Positions 1 through 11,695 of a DNA stretch of 64,000 nucleotides are shown here, in pieces; position 1 is the first letter of the stretch, and each line of letters begins with the position of its first letter. The translations under genes and the position numbers were made by a program. The notes under the pieces were generated by a model. That model was not told where the DNA came from and did no database searches. It was given only the letters and a program-made list of their open reading frames with translations. Where the stretch lies: contig NC_027216.1 of assembly GCF_000981445.1 (NCBI RefSeq), positions 1,178,001 through 1,242,000 of the forward strand, given 5' to 3'. This stretch comes from Babesia bigemina (Eukaryota).

Positions 1-4
1 TAAG

Positions 5-1448
5 ATGAAATCCAGCAAATTCTTGCTTTTGCTAACATTACTTAGGAAAGTCTGCAATCACCCTGATCTGGTTTTAAAAGAACATCCTAAAGACTTCGGT
101 AACGTAGAAAGGTCTTCTAAACTGATGATTGCACTCGATATCATATCCAACTGGGAAGTAAACGGGCATAAGATTTTGGTTTTTTCACAAACTATACAGA
201 TGCTGAACATTATCTATGCCAACTTGGCCACACGGTATGGTGCGTGTAGAATAGCTAGAATCGATGGTGACATCTCCATAAAAAGGCGTTCCGGTATTTT
301 AGATGCTTTCGAAAAGGGGGAAGATGTTTTTGTCTTGTTACTAACAACTCGAGTAGGGGGCGTAGGTCTAAATCTTACGTGTGCGGATCGTATTCTTATT
401 TTTGATCCAGATTGGAATCCGATGACCGATTCACAGGCCAGAGAAAGGTCGTACAGAATCGGCCAGAACAGGGATGTTGTCATCTATAGGTTGATATCTG
501 CACATACTGTGGAAGAAAAAATTTATCACAGGCAAATATACAAGTTTTATTTAAGCGAACGCATACTCACTGATCCCCGTGTTATGGGTTTTAGATTTCT
601 GCCCGCCTCTGATCTCCTTTCTTTGCCGCCAAAACCCGCAGGTCCAGGTGATACCGGTGAATATATGCATGACGTGGAAAAGCAGCTTAAATCTATCGAT
701 TTTGAGATGGAAATCAGGCAACTTAACAACACTAACGGAATATACCAACGTTCAAGCGATGTAGCTAAATGCGTATCAGAAGAAAACCCCATCCTGCAGT
801 CAATATTTGCACATCACGAAATCGAGGGAGTAATCAAGCATGACGATATTGAAAATAGGATTTACGCAAATGTTGACCAGGATTCCTCAGTAATTGCGGA
901 TAAGGCTATACAACTTTTGAAAAGATCGCTAAAGGAACGAAGTGCATATGATATATCGGTTCCAACATGGACTGGCGAAAATGGTCAGGCTGCGGCGCCA
1001 GTGTGTTGCAATGGGCGTAAGGTGCCAAAAGGTGGTACCGGAAACAGTGTTTCCATGTTACAAAATCTAAGACGTAAGACTCACGGTCCTGACGTTGCGG
1101 TGATACGCAAGGATATGTGCCCTATGATTAACATAATTTTAGACTACTTCAGACGTGCACCAAAATTAGAAATTCCAACGGGAGAGGTATGTCACATAAT
1201 AACTCCTCATTTATGCATAGGTAATCCAACATTTCGGACCACTCATTCCAGGTAATGGTTTAATCTTCAGGTTTAAAATGCGCAGAATCGGAGATGAAAA
1301 AATTCAAGTGCATTCTCAAAAAGGTTAGATTGCCCGTAAAAAATTCATCAGACTATAGTTATGTCAGTTGAAAAAAAGAAATGATGGACCAAACTGCTGG
1401 GTCCTGAGAGAAGAATTTACTTCGAAAAAACCATCGCACGAATCGTAG
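5..1448 (+). CDS. ERCC6: SNF2-family helicase, CSB/Rad26-like, 3' part (5' end outside window)
   Basis: Helicase-C motifs LLTTRVGGVGLNLT, FDPDWNP, QARERSYRIGQ, HRQIYK and PTWTG. Splicing out introns 1187-1220, 1252-1285 and 1324-1358 gives a CSB-like winged-helix tail (FKCILKKLCQL...CWVLREEF), stop at 1446-1448. Confidence 0.85.
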
Positions 1449-1713
1449 AATCTTCTAGTGACGTAACACCTACTAGCACGCCTAAATTTTAAATGTAGAT
1501 GCATATGTTTCTCCCATATGTGTATTGTTGTGTGCAATATAATCCCAGGTATTGAATATGTGTTGTGTTTACTGACCGATCAATCATCTATCACCACCCA
1601 AAATCCGCCGTATAAGTTTTTCAAAATTGAAAAAAACCCACACCTTAAGATCCATCGACATAAAAAAAAACAATATCAATGCAAATGTTTCATAAAATAC
1701 TACACAGATAATA

Positions 1714-4700
1714 ACGCACCGGAGCCCGGCACAACGGGCGGATGTGGGCCAGGGTAGGAGGCACGACAGGCACGTAACCACGCCAATGTGGCACCAAGGC
1801 TACACTGGCGCGGTCTGGCGTGCCGTACAGCCGCAGCTGCAGTTGGCCGTGGCGGCTCCCCAGGCGTGCCGGCGGCGGCGCTCCCGGACTGTCCGGATGC
1901 GTGTCGGTCGATGGGAGATATAGAGCAGCTATACCGCGACACCGGGTCACATCATGTGCTGTGCAGCGCCTGCCGCGGTCTGGCGATGTCTCGCCCAGCG
2001 ACTCCACCCGGCGCCACAGACCCTCACCAGGCGTGCCGGCGGCGGTGGATCCACAGGTAGCAGCTGGTCGAGTGCCAGCAAGTGTTATTATAACAAGTGT
2101 GGTGCCAGGCAGCTCCGATGACAGTATCGTCGTCTCATGACGCCTGGTGCCACCGCCAGTGCCCGCGACCCGCCTGCCTCAGAGCCCGTCCGCAGCGGTG
2201 TAGGCGTGGCGGCGGTGGCGGCAAGGTGACTGGTGGTGGGAGCCAGGCCATCACAGCCACATAGAAGTGCGTACCATACTACGTCCTATAGCTATTAAGT
2301 GCCGGCAGTTCATTGAGTTGTGGTATCTGCTAGACCCCGGTGCTGCTGACACGGCGGCTGCGCGGCGCCGGCGGGCGTGGAGCGAGGCAGACAGACAAGG
2401 GATACAACACGCAGCACTGCGCCAAACCTGGTCCAATCTGTCATCTGCCAGCACTGCTTCACTATAGCTCCCTAGCTGCCTTCCCTCCGGTGCCTCGACT
2501 GCCACGCCCCCAGTCCGCGCACCCCGCCCGCAGGCGTCACGCACCGGAGCCCGGCACAACGGGCGGATGTGGGCCAGGGTAGGAGGCACGACAGGCACGT
2601 AACCACGCCAATGTGGCACCGGCGCGACACTGGCGGGTTCTGGCGTGCCGTACAGCCGCAGCCGCAGTTGGCCGTGGCGGCTCCCCAGGCGTGCCGGCGG
2701 CGGTGGATGCCGGGGTAGCAGCTAGACGAGTGCCAGCAAGTGTTATTATAGCAAGTGTGGTGCCAGGCAGCTCCGATGACAGTATCGTCGTCTCATGACG
2801 CCTGGTGCCACCGCCAGTGCCCGCGACCCGCCTGCCTCAGAGCCCGTCCGCAGCGGTGTAGGCGTGGCGGCGGTGGCGGCAAGGTGACTGGTGGTGGGAG
2901 CCAGGCCATCACAGCCACATAGAAGTGCGTACCATACTACGTCCTATAGCTATTAAGTGCCGGCAGTGCATTGAGTTGTGGTATCTGCTACGCCCCGTAT
3001 CCGCTGACACGGCGGCTGCGCGGCGCCGGCGGGCGTGGAGCGAGGCAGACAGACAAGGGATACAACACGCAGCACTGCGCCAAACCTGGTCCAATCTGTC
3101 ATCTGCCAGCACTGCTTCACTGCCGTGCCCTAGCTGCCATCCCTCCGGTGCCTCGACTGCCACGCCCCCAGTCCGGGCACCCCGCCCGCAGACCTCACGC
3201 ACCGGAGCCCGGCACAACGGGCGGATGTGGGCTAGGATAGGGAGGCAAGACAGGCACGTAACCACACCAATGTGGCACCAGCGCGACACTGCCGCGGTCT
3301 GGCGATGTCACACCCAGTGACTCCACCCGGCGCCACAGACCCTCACCAGGCGTGCCGGCGGCAGTGGATGCCCGGGTAGCAGCTGGACGAGTGCCAGCAA
3401 GTGTTATCGTAGCAAGTGTGGTGCCAAACAGCTCCGATGACAGTATCGTGGTCTCATGACGCCTGGTGCCACCGCCAGTGCCCACGACCCGCCTGCCTCA
3501 GAGCCCGTCCGCAGCGGTGTAGGCGTGGCGGCGGTGGCGGCAGGGTGACGGGTGTTGGGAGCCAGGCCATCACAGCCACATAGAGTGCGTACGATGCTAC
3601 GTCCTATAGCTATTTAGGTGCCGGTAGCGCATTGAGTTGTGGTATCTGCTACGCCCCGTATCCGCTGACACGGCGGCTGCGCGGCGCCGGCGGGCGTGGA
3701 GCGAGGCAGACAGACACGGCCTACAGCACGCAGCACTGCGCCAAACCTGGTCCAATCTGTCATCTGCCAGCACTGCTTCACTATAGCTCCCTAGCTGCCT
3801 TCCCTCCGGTGCCTCGACTGCCACGCCCCCAGTCCGCGCACCCCGCCCGCAGGCGTCACGCACCGGAGCCCGGCACAACGGGCGGATGTGGGCTAGGATA
3901 GGGAGGCAACACAGGCACGTAACCACACCAATGTGGCACCGGCGCGACACTGGCAGGGTCTGGCGATGTCTCGCCCAGCGACTCCACCCGGCGCCACAGA
4001 CCCTCACCAGGCGTGCCGGCGGCGGTGGATCCACAGGTAGCAGCTGGACGAGTGCCAGCAAGTGTTATTATAGCAAGTGTGGTGCCAGGCAGCTCCGATG
4101 ACAGTATCGTCGTCTCATGACGCCTGGTGCCACCGCCAGTGCCCACGACCCGCCTGCCTCAGAGCCCGTCCGCAGCGGTGTAGGCGTGGCGGCGGTGGCG
4201 GCAAGGTGACGGGTGGTGGGAGCCAGGCCATCACAGCCACATAGAAGTGCGTACCATACTACGTCCTATAGCTATTAAGTGCCGGCAGTGCATTGAGTTG
4301 TGGTATCTGCTACGCCCCGTATCCGCTGACACGGCGGCTGCGCGGCGCCGGCGGGCGTGGAGCGAGGCAGACAGACAAGGGATACAACACGCAGCACTGC
4401 GCCAAACCTGGTCCAATCTGTCATCTGCCAGCAGTGCTTCACTGCCGTGCCCTAGCTGCCATCCCTCCGGTGCGTCGACTGCCACGCCCCCAGTCCGGGC
4501 ACCCCGCCCGCAGACCTCACGCACCGGAGCCCGGCACAACGGGCGGATGTGGGCTAGGATAGGGAGCCAAGACAGGCACGTAACCACGCCAATGTGGCAC
4601 CAACGCGACACTGGCGGGGTCTGGCGTGCCTTACAGCCGCAGCTGCAGTTGGCCGTGGCGGCTCACCAGGCGTGCCGGCGGCGGCGCTCCCGGACTGCCC

Positions 4701-7700
4701 GGATGCGTGTCGGTGGATGGGTCATATACGGCAGCTATACCGCGACACCGGGTCACATCATGTGCTGTGCAGCGCCTGCCGCGGTCTGGCGATGTCACAC
4801 CCAGTGACTCCACCCGGCGCCACAGACTTACACCAGGCGTGCCGGCGGCGGTGGATCCACAGGTAGCAGCTGGTCGAGTGCCAGCAAGTGTTATTTTAGC
4901 AAGTGTGGTGCCAGGCAGCTCCGATGACAGTATCGTCGTCTCATGACGCCTGGTGCCACCGCCAGTGCCCGCGACCCGCCTGCCTCAGAGCCCGTCCGCA
5001 GCGGTGTAGGCGTGGCGGCGGTGGCGGCAAGGTGACTGGTGGTGGGAGCCAGGCCATCACAGCCACATAGAAGTGCGTACCATACTACGTCCTATAGCTA
5101 TTAAGTGCCGGCAGTGCATTGAGTTGTGGTATCTGCTACGCCCCGTATCCGCTGACACGGCGGCTGCGCGGCGCCGGCGGGCGTGGAGCGAGGCACACAG
5201 ACACGGCCTACAACACGCAGCACTGCGCCAAACCTGGTCCAATCTGTCATCTGCCAGCACTGCTTCACTGCCGTGCCCTAGCTGCCATCCCTCCGGTGCC
5301 TCGACTGCCACGCCCCCAGTCCGGGCACCCCGCCCGCAGACCTCACGCACCGGAGCCCGGCACAACGGGCGGATGTGGGCTAGGATAGGGAGGCAAGACA
5401 GGCACGTAACCACACCAATGTGGCACCAGCGCGACACTGCCGCGGTCTGGCGATGTCACACCCAGTGACTCCACCCGGCGCCACAGACCCTCACCAGGCG
5501 TGCCGGCGGCAGTGGATGCCCGGGTAGCAGCTGGACGAGTGCCAGCAAGTGTTATCGTAGCAAGTGTGGTGCCAAACAGCTCCGACGACAGTATCGTCGT
5601 CTTATGACGCCTGGTGCCACCGCCAGTGCCCGCGACCCGCCTGCCTCAGAGCCCGTCCGCAGCGGTGTAGGCGTGGCGGCGGTGGCGGCAGGGTGACGGG
5701 TGTTGGGAGCCAGGCCATCACAGCCACATAGAGTGCGTACGATGCTACGTCCTATAGCTATTTAGGTGCCGGTAGCGCATTGAGTTGTGGTATCTGCTAC
5801 GCCCCGTATCCGCTGACACGGCGGCTGCGCGGCGCCGGCGGGCGTGGAGCGAGGCAGACAGACACGGCCTACAGCACGCAGCACTGCGCCAAACCTGGTC
5901 CAATCTGTCATCTGCCAGCACTGCTTCACTATAGCTCCCTAGCTGCCTTCCCTCCGGTGCCTCGACTGCCACGCCCCCAGTCCGCGCACCCCGCCCGCAG
6001 ACCTCACGCACCGGAGCCCGGCACAACGGGCGGATGTGGGCTGGGGTAGGGAGGCAAGACAGGCACGTAACCACGCCAATGTGGCACCAGCGCGACACTG
6101 GCGGGGTCTGGCGATGTCACACCCAGTGACTCCACCCGGCGCCACAGACTTACACCAGGCGTGCCGGCGGCGGTGGATGCCGGGGTAGCAGCTGGTCGAG
6201 TGCCAGCAAGTGTTATTATAGCAAGTGTGGTGCCAGGCAGCCTCGGTCACAGCTATCGTCGTCTCATGACGCCTGGTGCCACCGCCAGTGCCCGCGACCC
6301 GCCTGCCTCAGAGCCCGTCCGCAGCGGTGTAGGCGTGGCGGCGGTGGCGGCAAGGTGACGGGTGTTGGGAGCCAGGCCATCACAGCCACATAGAAGTGCG
6401 TACCATACTACGTCCTATAGCTATTAAGTGCCGGCAGTGCATTGAGTTGTGGTATCTGCTACGCCCCGTATCCGCTGACACGGCGGCTGCGCGGCGCCGG
6501 CGGGCGTGGAGCGAGGCAGACAGACAAGGGATACAACACGCAGCACTGCGCCAAACCTGGTCCAATCTGTCATCTGCCAGCAGTGCTTCACTGCCGTGCC
6601 CTAGCTGCCATCCCTCCGGTGCCTCGACTGCCACGCCCCCAGTCCGGGCACCCCGCCCGCAGACCTCACGCACCGGAGCCCGGCACAACGGGCGGATGTG
6701 GGCTAGGATAGGGAGGCAACACAGGCACGTAACCACGCCAATGTGGCACCAACGCGACACTGCCGCGGTCTGGCGATGTCACACCCAGTGACTCCACCCG
6801 GCGCCACAGACCCTCACCAGGCGTGCCGGCGGCGGTGGATCCACAGGTAGCAGCTGGTCGAGTGCCAGCAAGTGTTATTATAGCAAGTGTGGTGCCAGGC
6901 AGCTCCGATGACAGTATCGTCGTCTCATGACGCCTGGTGCCACCGCCAGTGCCCGCGACCCGCCTGCCTCAGAGCCCGTCCGCAGCGGTGTAGGCGTGGC
7001 GGCGGTGGCGGCAAGGTGACTGGTGGTGGGAGCCAGGCCATCACAGCCACATAGAAGTGCGTACCATACTACGTCTTATAGCTATTAAGTGCCGGCAGTG
7101 CATTGAGTTGTGGTATCTGCTAGACCCCGTATCCGCTGACACGGCGGCTGCGCGGCGCCGGGGGCGTGGAGCGAGGCAGACAGACAAGGCCTACCACAGG
7201 AAGCACTGCGCCGCACTACGTCGAAGCTGTCATCCACTAACACTGCTTCACTGCCGTGCCCTAGCTGCCATCCCTCCGGTGCCTCGACTGCCACGCCCCC
7301 AGTCCGGGCACCCCGCCCGCAGACCTCACGCACCGGAGCCCGGCACAACGGGCGGATGTGGGCTAGGATAGGGAGGCAACACAGGCACGTAACCACGCCA
7401 ATGTGGCACCAACGCGACACTGCCGCGGTCTGGCGATGTCACACCCAGTGACTCCACCCGGCGCCACAGACCCTCACCAGGCGTGCCGGCGGCGGTGGAT
7501 CCACAGGTAGCAGCTGGTCGAGTGCCAGCAAGTGTTATTATAGCAAGTGTGGTGCCAGGCAGCTCCGATGACAGTATCGTCGTCTCATGACGCCTGGTGC
7601 CACCGCCAGTGCCCGCGACCCGCCTGCCTCAGAGCCCGTCCGCAGCGGTGTAGGCGTGGCGGCGGTGGCGGCAAGGTGACTGGTGGTGGGAGCCAGGCCA

Positions 7701-9975
7701 TCACAGCCACATAGAAGTGCGTACCATACTACGTCTTATAGCTATTAAGTGCCGGCAGTGCATTGAGTTGTGGTATCTGCTAGACCCCGTATCCGCTGAC
7801 ACGGCGGCTGCGCGGCGCCGGGGGCGTGGAGCGAGGCACACAGACACGGCCTACAACACGCAGCACTGCGCCAAACCTGGTCGAAGCTGTCATCTGCCAG
7901 CACTGCATCACTAGAGCGCCCTAGCTGCCATCCCTCCGGTGCCTCGACTGCCACGCCCCCAGTCCGGGCACCCCGCCCGCAGACCTCACGCACCGGAGCC
8001 CGGCACAACGGGCGGATGTGGGCTGGGGTAGGGAGGCAAGACAGGCACGTAACCACGCCAATGTGGCACCAGCGCGACACTGGCGCGGTCTGGCGTGCCG
8101 TACAGCCGCAGCTGCAGTTGGCCGTGGCGGCTCCGCAGGCGTGCCGGCGGCGGCGCTCCCGGACTGCCCGGATGCGTGTCGGTGGATGGGACATATAGAG
8201 CAGCTATACCGCGACACCAGGTCACATCATGTGCTGCGCAGCGCCTGCCGCGGTCTGGCGATGTCTCACCTAGTGACTCCACCCGGCGCCACAGACTTAC
8301 ACCAGGCGTGCCGGCGGCGGTGGATGCCGGGGTAGCAGCTGGTCGAGTGCCAGCAAGTGTTATTATAGCAAGTGTGGTGCCAGGCAGCCTCGGTCACAGC
8401 TATCGTCGTCTCATGACGCCTGGTGCCACCGCCAGTGCCCGCGACCCGCCTGCCTCAGAGCCCGTCCGCAGCGGTGTAGGCGTGGCGGCGGTGGCGGCAA
8501 GGTGACGGGTGTTGGGAGCCAGGCCATCACAGCCACATAGAAGTGCGTACCATACTACGTCCTATAGCTATTAAGTGCCGGCAGTGCATTGAGTTGTGGT
8601 ATCTGCTACGCCCCGTATCCGCTGACACGGCGGCTGCGCGGCGCCGGGGGCGTGGAGCGAGGCACACAGACACGGCCTACAACACGCAGCACTGCGCCAA
8701 ACCTGGTCGAAGCTGTCATCTGCCAGCACTGCATCACTAGAGCGCCCTAGCTGCCATCCCTCCGGTGCCTCGACTGCCACGCCCCCAGTCCGGGCACCCC
8801 GCCCGCAGACCTCACGCACCGGAGCCCGGCACAACGGGCGGATGTGGGCTGGGGTAGGGAGGCAAGACAGGCACGTAACCACGCCAATGTGGCACCAGCG
8901 CGACACTGGCGGGGTCTGGCGATGTCACACCCAGTGACTCCACCCGGCGCCACAGACCCTCACCAGGCGTGCCGGCGGCGGTGGATCCACAGGTAGCAGC
9001 TGGTCGAGTGCCAGCAAGTGTTATTATAGCAAGTGTGGTGCCAGGCAGCTCCGATGACAGTATCGTCGTCTTATGACGCCTGGTGCCACCGCCAGTGCCC
9101 GCGACCCGCCTGCCTCAGAGCCCGTCCGCAGCGGTGTAGGCGTGGCGGCGGTGGCGGCAAGGTGACTGGTGGTGGGAGCCAGGCCATCACAGCCACATAG
9201 AAGTGCGTACCATACTACGTCTTATAGCTATTAAGTGCCGGCAGTGCATTGAGTTGTGGTATCTGCTAGACCCCGTATCCGCTGACACGGCGGCTGCGCG
9301 GCGCCGGGGGCGTGGAGCGAGGCACACAGACACGGCCTACAACACGCAGCACTGCGCCAAACCTGGTCCAATCTGTCATCTGCCAGCAGTGCTTCACTGC
9401 CGTGCCCTAGCTGCCATCCCTCCGGTGCCTCGACTGCCAAGCCCCCAGTCCGGGCACCCCGCCCGCAGACCTCACGCACCGGAGCCCGGCACAACGGGCG
9501 GATGTGGGCTAGGATAGGGAGGCAAGACAGGCACGTAACCACGCCAATGTGGCACCAACGCGACACTGGCGGGGTCTGGCGTGCCGTACAGCCGCAGCTG
9601 CAGTTGGCCGTGGCGGCTCCGCAGGCGTGCCGGCGGCGGCGCTCCCGGACTGCCCGGATGCGTGTCGGTGGATGGGACATATACGGCAGCTATACGGTGA
9701 CACCAGGTCACATCGTGTGCTGTGCAGCACCTGCCGCGGTCTGGCGATGTCACACCCAGTGACTCCACCCGGCGCCACAGACCCTCACCAGGCGTGCCGG
9801 CGGCGGTGGATGCCGGGGTAGCAGCTGGACGAGTGCCAGCAAGTGTTATTTCAGCAAGTGTGGTGCCAGGCAGCCTCGGTCACAGCTATCGTCGTCTCAT
9901 GACGCCTGGTGCCACCGCCAGTGCCCACGACCCGCCTGCCTCAGAGCCCGTCCGCAGCGGTGTAGGCGTGGCGGC
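1714..9975. repeat. GC-rich tandem macrosatellite, about 11.6 units of 658-826 bp
   Basis: Anchor gcaccggagcccggcacaacgggcggatgtggg starts at 1716, 2541, 3199, 3860, 4521, 5347, 6008, 6670, 7330, 7990, 8816 and 9476. Spacings are 825, 658, 661, 661, 826, 661, 662, 660, 660, 826, 660; the last unit is truncated at 9975. Confidence 0.98.
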
Positions 9976-10358
9976 TCATCCACTTTGGTGGAGTACCTGC
10001 ATTCCACTGGCAGATTTAATTTGGTGCTCTTAGTCGCGTGTCAGGCGCATCGCCAAGGTTTCTAAATGTGAGCAGCGGTATTGGGTGATGTGGCACACCT
10101 CCCTCGATCCGGCAGGTGCGATGAGCAACAGGGGATGCTGTCGTGTGGCTCCAACTCAGGTTATTAAACGGCCCCATTGACAACCGTGTTAGTTGCAGAC
10201 ACATATGATAACAGTACGATGCGTTGTTGACTTGGCTACCGCAATTATTACCACCAGCCCAAGGTACACTTCCACTGGTACCAAAAGGCAGGTCCTCATC
10301 AACAAGCGAAACCAATTTATTCGCATCATTCACCGAAGTGTCATCGTATATGAGCTGA

Positions 10359-10840
10359 TCAATACTGTGAGTGGTAGTTCTCGATTTGGATGGTGGAGCG
10401 AGTGACACCCTTGACAGTGACGCATCGGCATTCAAGTGACGGCGAGTGGCGCAGGGTCTCTCCGGGTCCTAAACGGTCGGCGTTGACGTTCAGTGTGACA
10501 AAGTGATTAGTGCGCAAAGCTACCAACGAATAGCTGAGACCGGCTAGGTGCTTCACTTTGCCGTTCACGGAGACCTGGTCGAAGCAGTTGGGCGGGTCCA
10601 GCACGTAAGGAGCCGGGCACTAGAAGACCGCATTGCCCGCAGCATGGAGGCCTATCTTGCAACCAATTCCTCTGCCGTAGGCGTCGCAGACACTGGTCGT
10701 CTCAGGCTTGAAAAGCTCAGTGGATGCGTATGTGACACCGCAGCCTTGTAGGCAGGGGTCCGTGGTCTCGACGTGAACTTCCACGACGTGCCCAGTGTAT
10801 TGCTTAGTAGTTGTTACGGTATGATGATTCGTTGAGGTAA
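10359..10840 (-). pseudogene. 6-Cys (s48/45)-like sexual-stage antigen family, C-terminal domain fragment with internal stop
   Basis: Reads YTGHVVEVHVETTDPCLQGCGVTYASTELFKPET...GCKI...VF*CPAPYVLDPPNCFDQV...LECRCVTVKG...IQIENYHSQY. This matches the recalled C-terminus of an expanded Babesia 6-Cys-like family. In-frame TAG at 10622-10620; no intact upstream frame. Confidence 0.75.
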
Positions 10841-11695
10841 TCTACGGTATGAGAGATCCGCTAGTCGACACGTTGCCAATTGATACCTTGTCTAATGTGT
10901 GAGATGGTGGACAGGGACAGAAGTCATCGCGCGACCATGAGTGCTGCTCTCACCAAAGCTGGGTGGTAGCACAAATGACAAAAACGGCATTCAGAAACAG
11001 TACGCCGTGGAATCGGCAGCCTAATCATGCATTGTACGGGGAGGTATGTCATAGTTGACACCAAAAACGGTTCGTCTAATGCTTACCCGGTTATAGCGCA
11101 TTAGACAGATGCAAAAGCATTTTAAAATGAAGTACCTTACCTCTACTAGCCACAAATATTCATCTCTAAATATTACATACAGTAACGGAGCGCTTGTGGT
11201 ACGCATAATTTCCTTTAAATATAAGCACATTTGAGTTGTGTCTACTGCTAATGGTTCTACGTTGGCGATGCCCTGGGGATATTCACTACGTCACGTTTTA
11301 ACTTAAAGTGCAACCAAACAATAACCGAATTGAATGTCCACATTGTATATTTGCAGATCGCTCTTACGAAATTTTAATACAAAATAGAAACCTGAGTACT
11401 GCCATGGATTCGCAAGCGATTCACCGTAATTATTAACTATCGCAATGCAAATGTTATACTACACATCCAGCTGATGTTAGAATGATTAAAATGCACATAA
11501 TGGTATGAACGAACACATAGTGTTACGTGTGTGCGCGATTTCAGCATTTAGTTGCATCATCATTGGATTAATCGAAACAGCTACTTATTACACACACACA
11601 CCGAGTAATGAATAATAGAATTACTGACAACCTGCTGTGCAGGAAGTCCATTTCCGTATTTTATCTGAAGGATTATATTTAACGACATACGGGCA

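Noticed and set aside
1252..1270. 19-nt ultra-short intron in ERCC6
   Set aside because: An in-frame acceptor at 1285 gives a 34-nt intron typical of this window and a better fit to the CSB tail.
1714..9975. CRISPR array, rDNA/5S/snRNA array or transposon
   Set aside because: Eukaryotic context, no unique spacers, no recognisable RNA gene motif, and no transposase/RT ORF, terminal inverted repeats or target-site duplication at the junctions.
1690..10033. Dozens of 60-190 aa ORFs in the repeat array
   Set aside because: They occur in all frames as expected from high GC, many start at GTG/TTG, and 1-nt indels between units shift the frames freely. I could not build a consistent spliced product.
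10016..10435. 139-aa minus-strand ORF next to the array
   Set aside because: It overlaps the 6-Cys-like fragment in another frame, has no ATG start and no recognisable motif.
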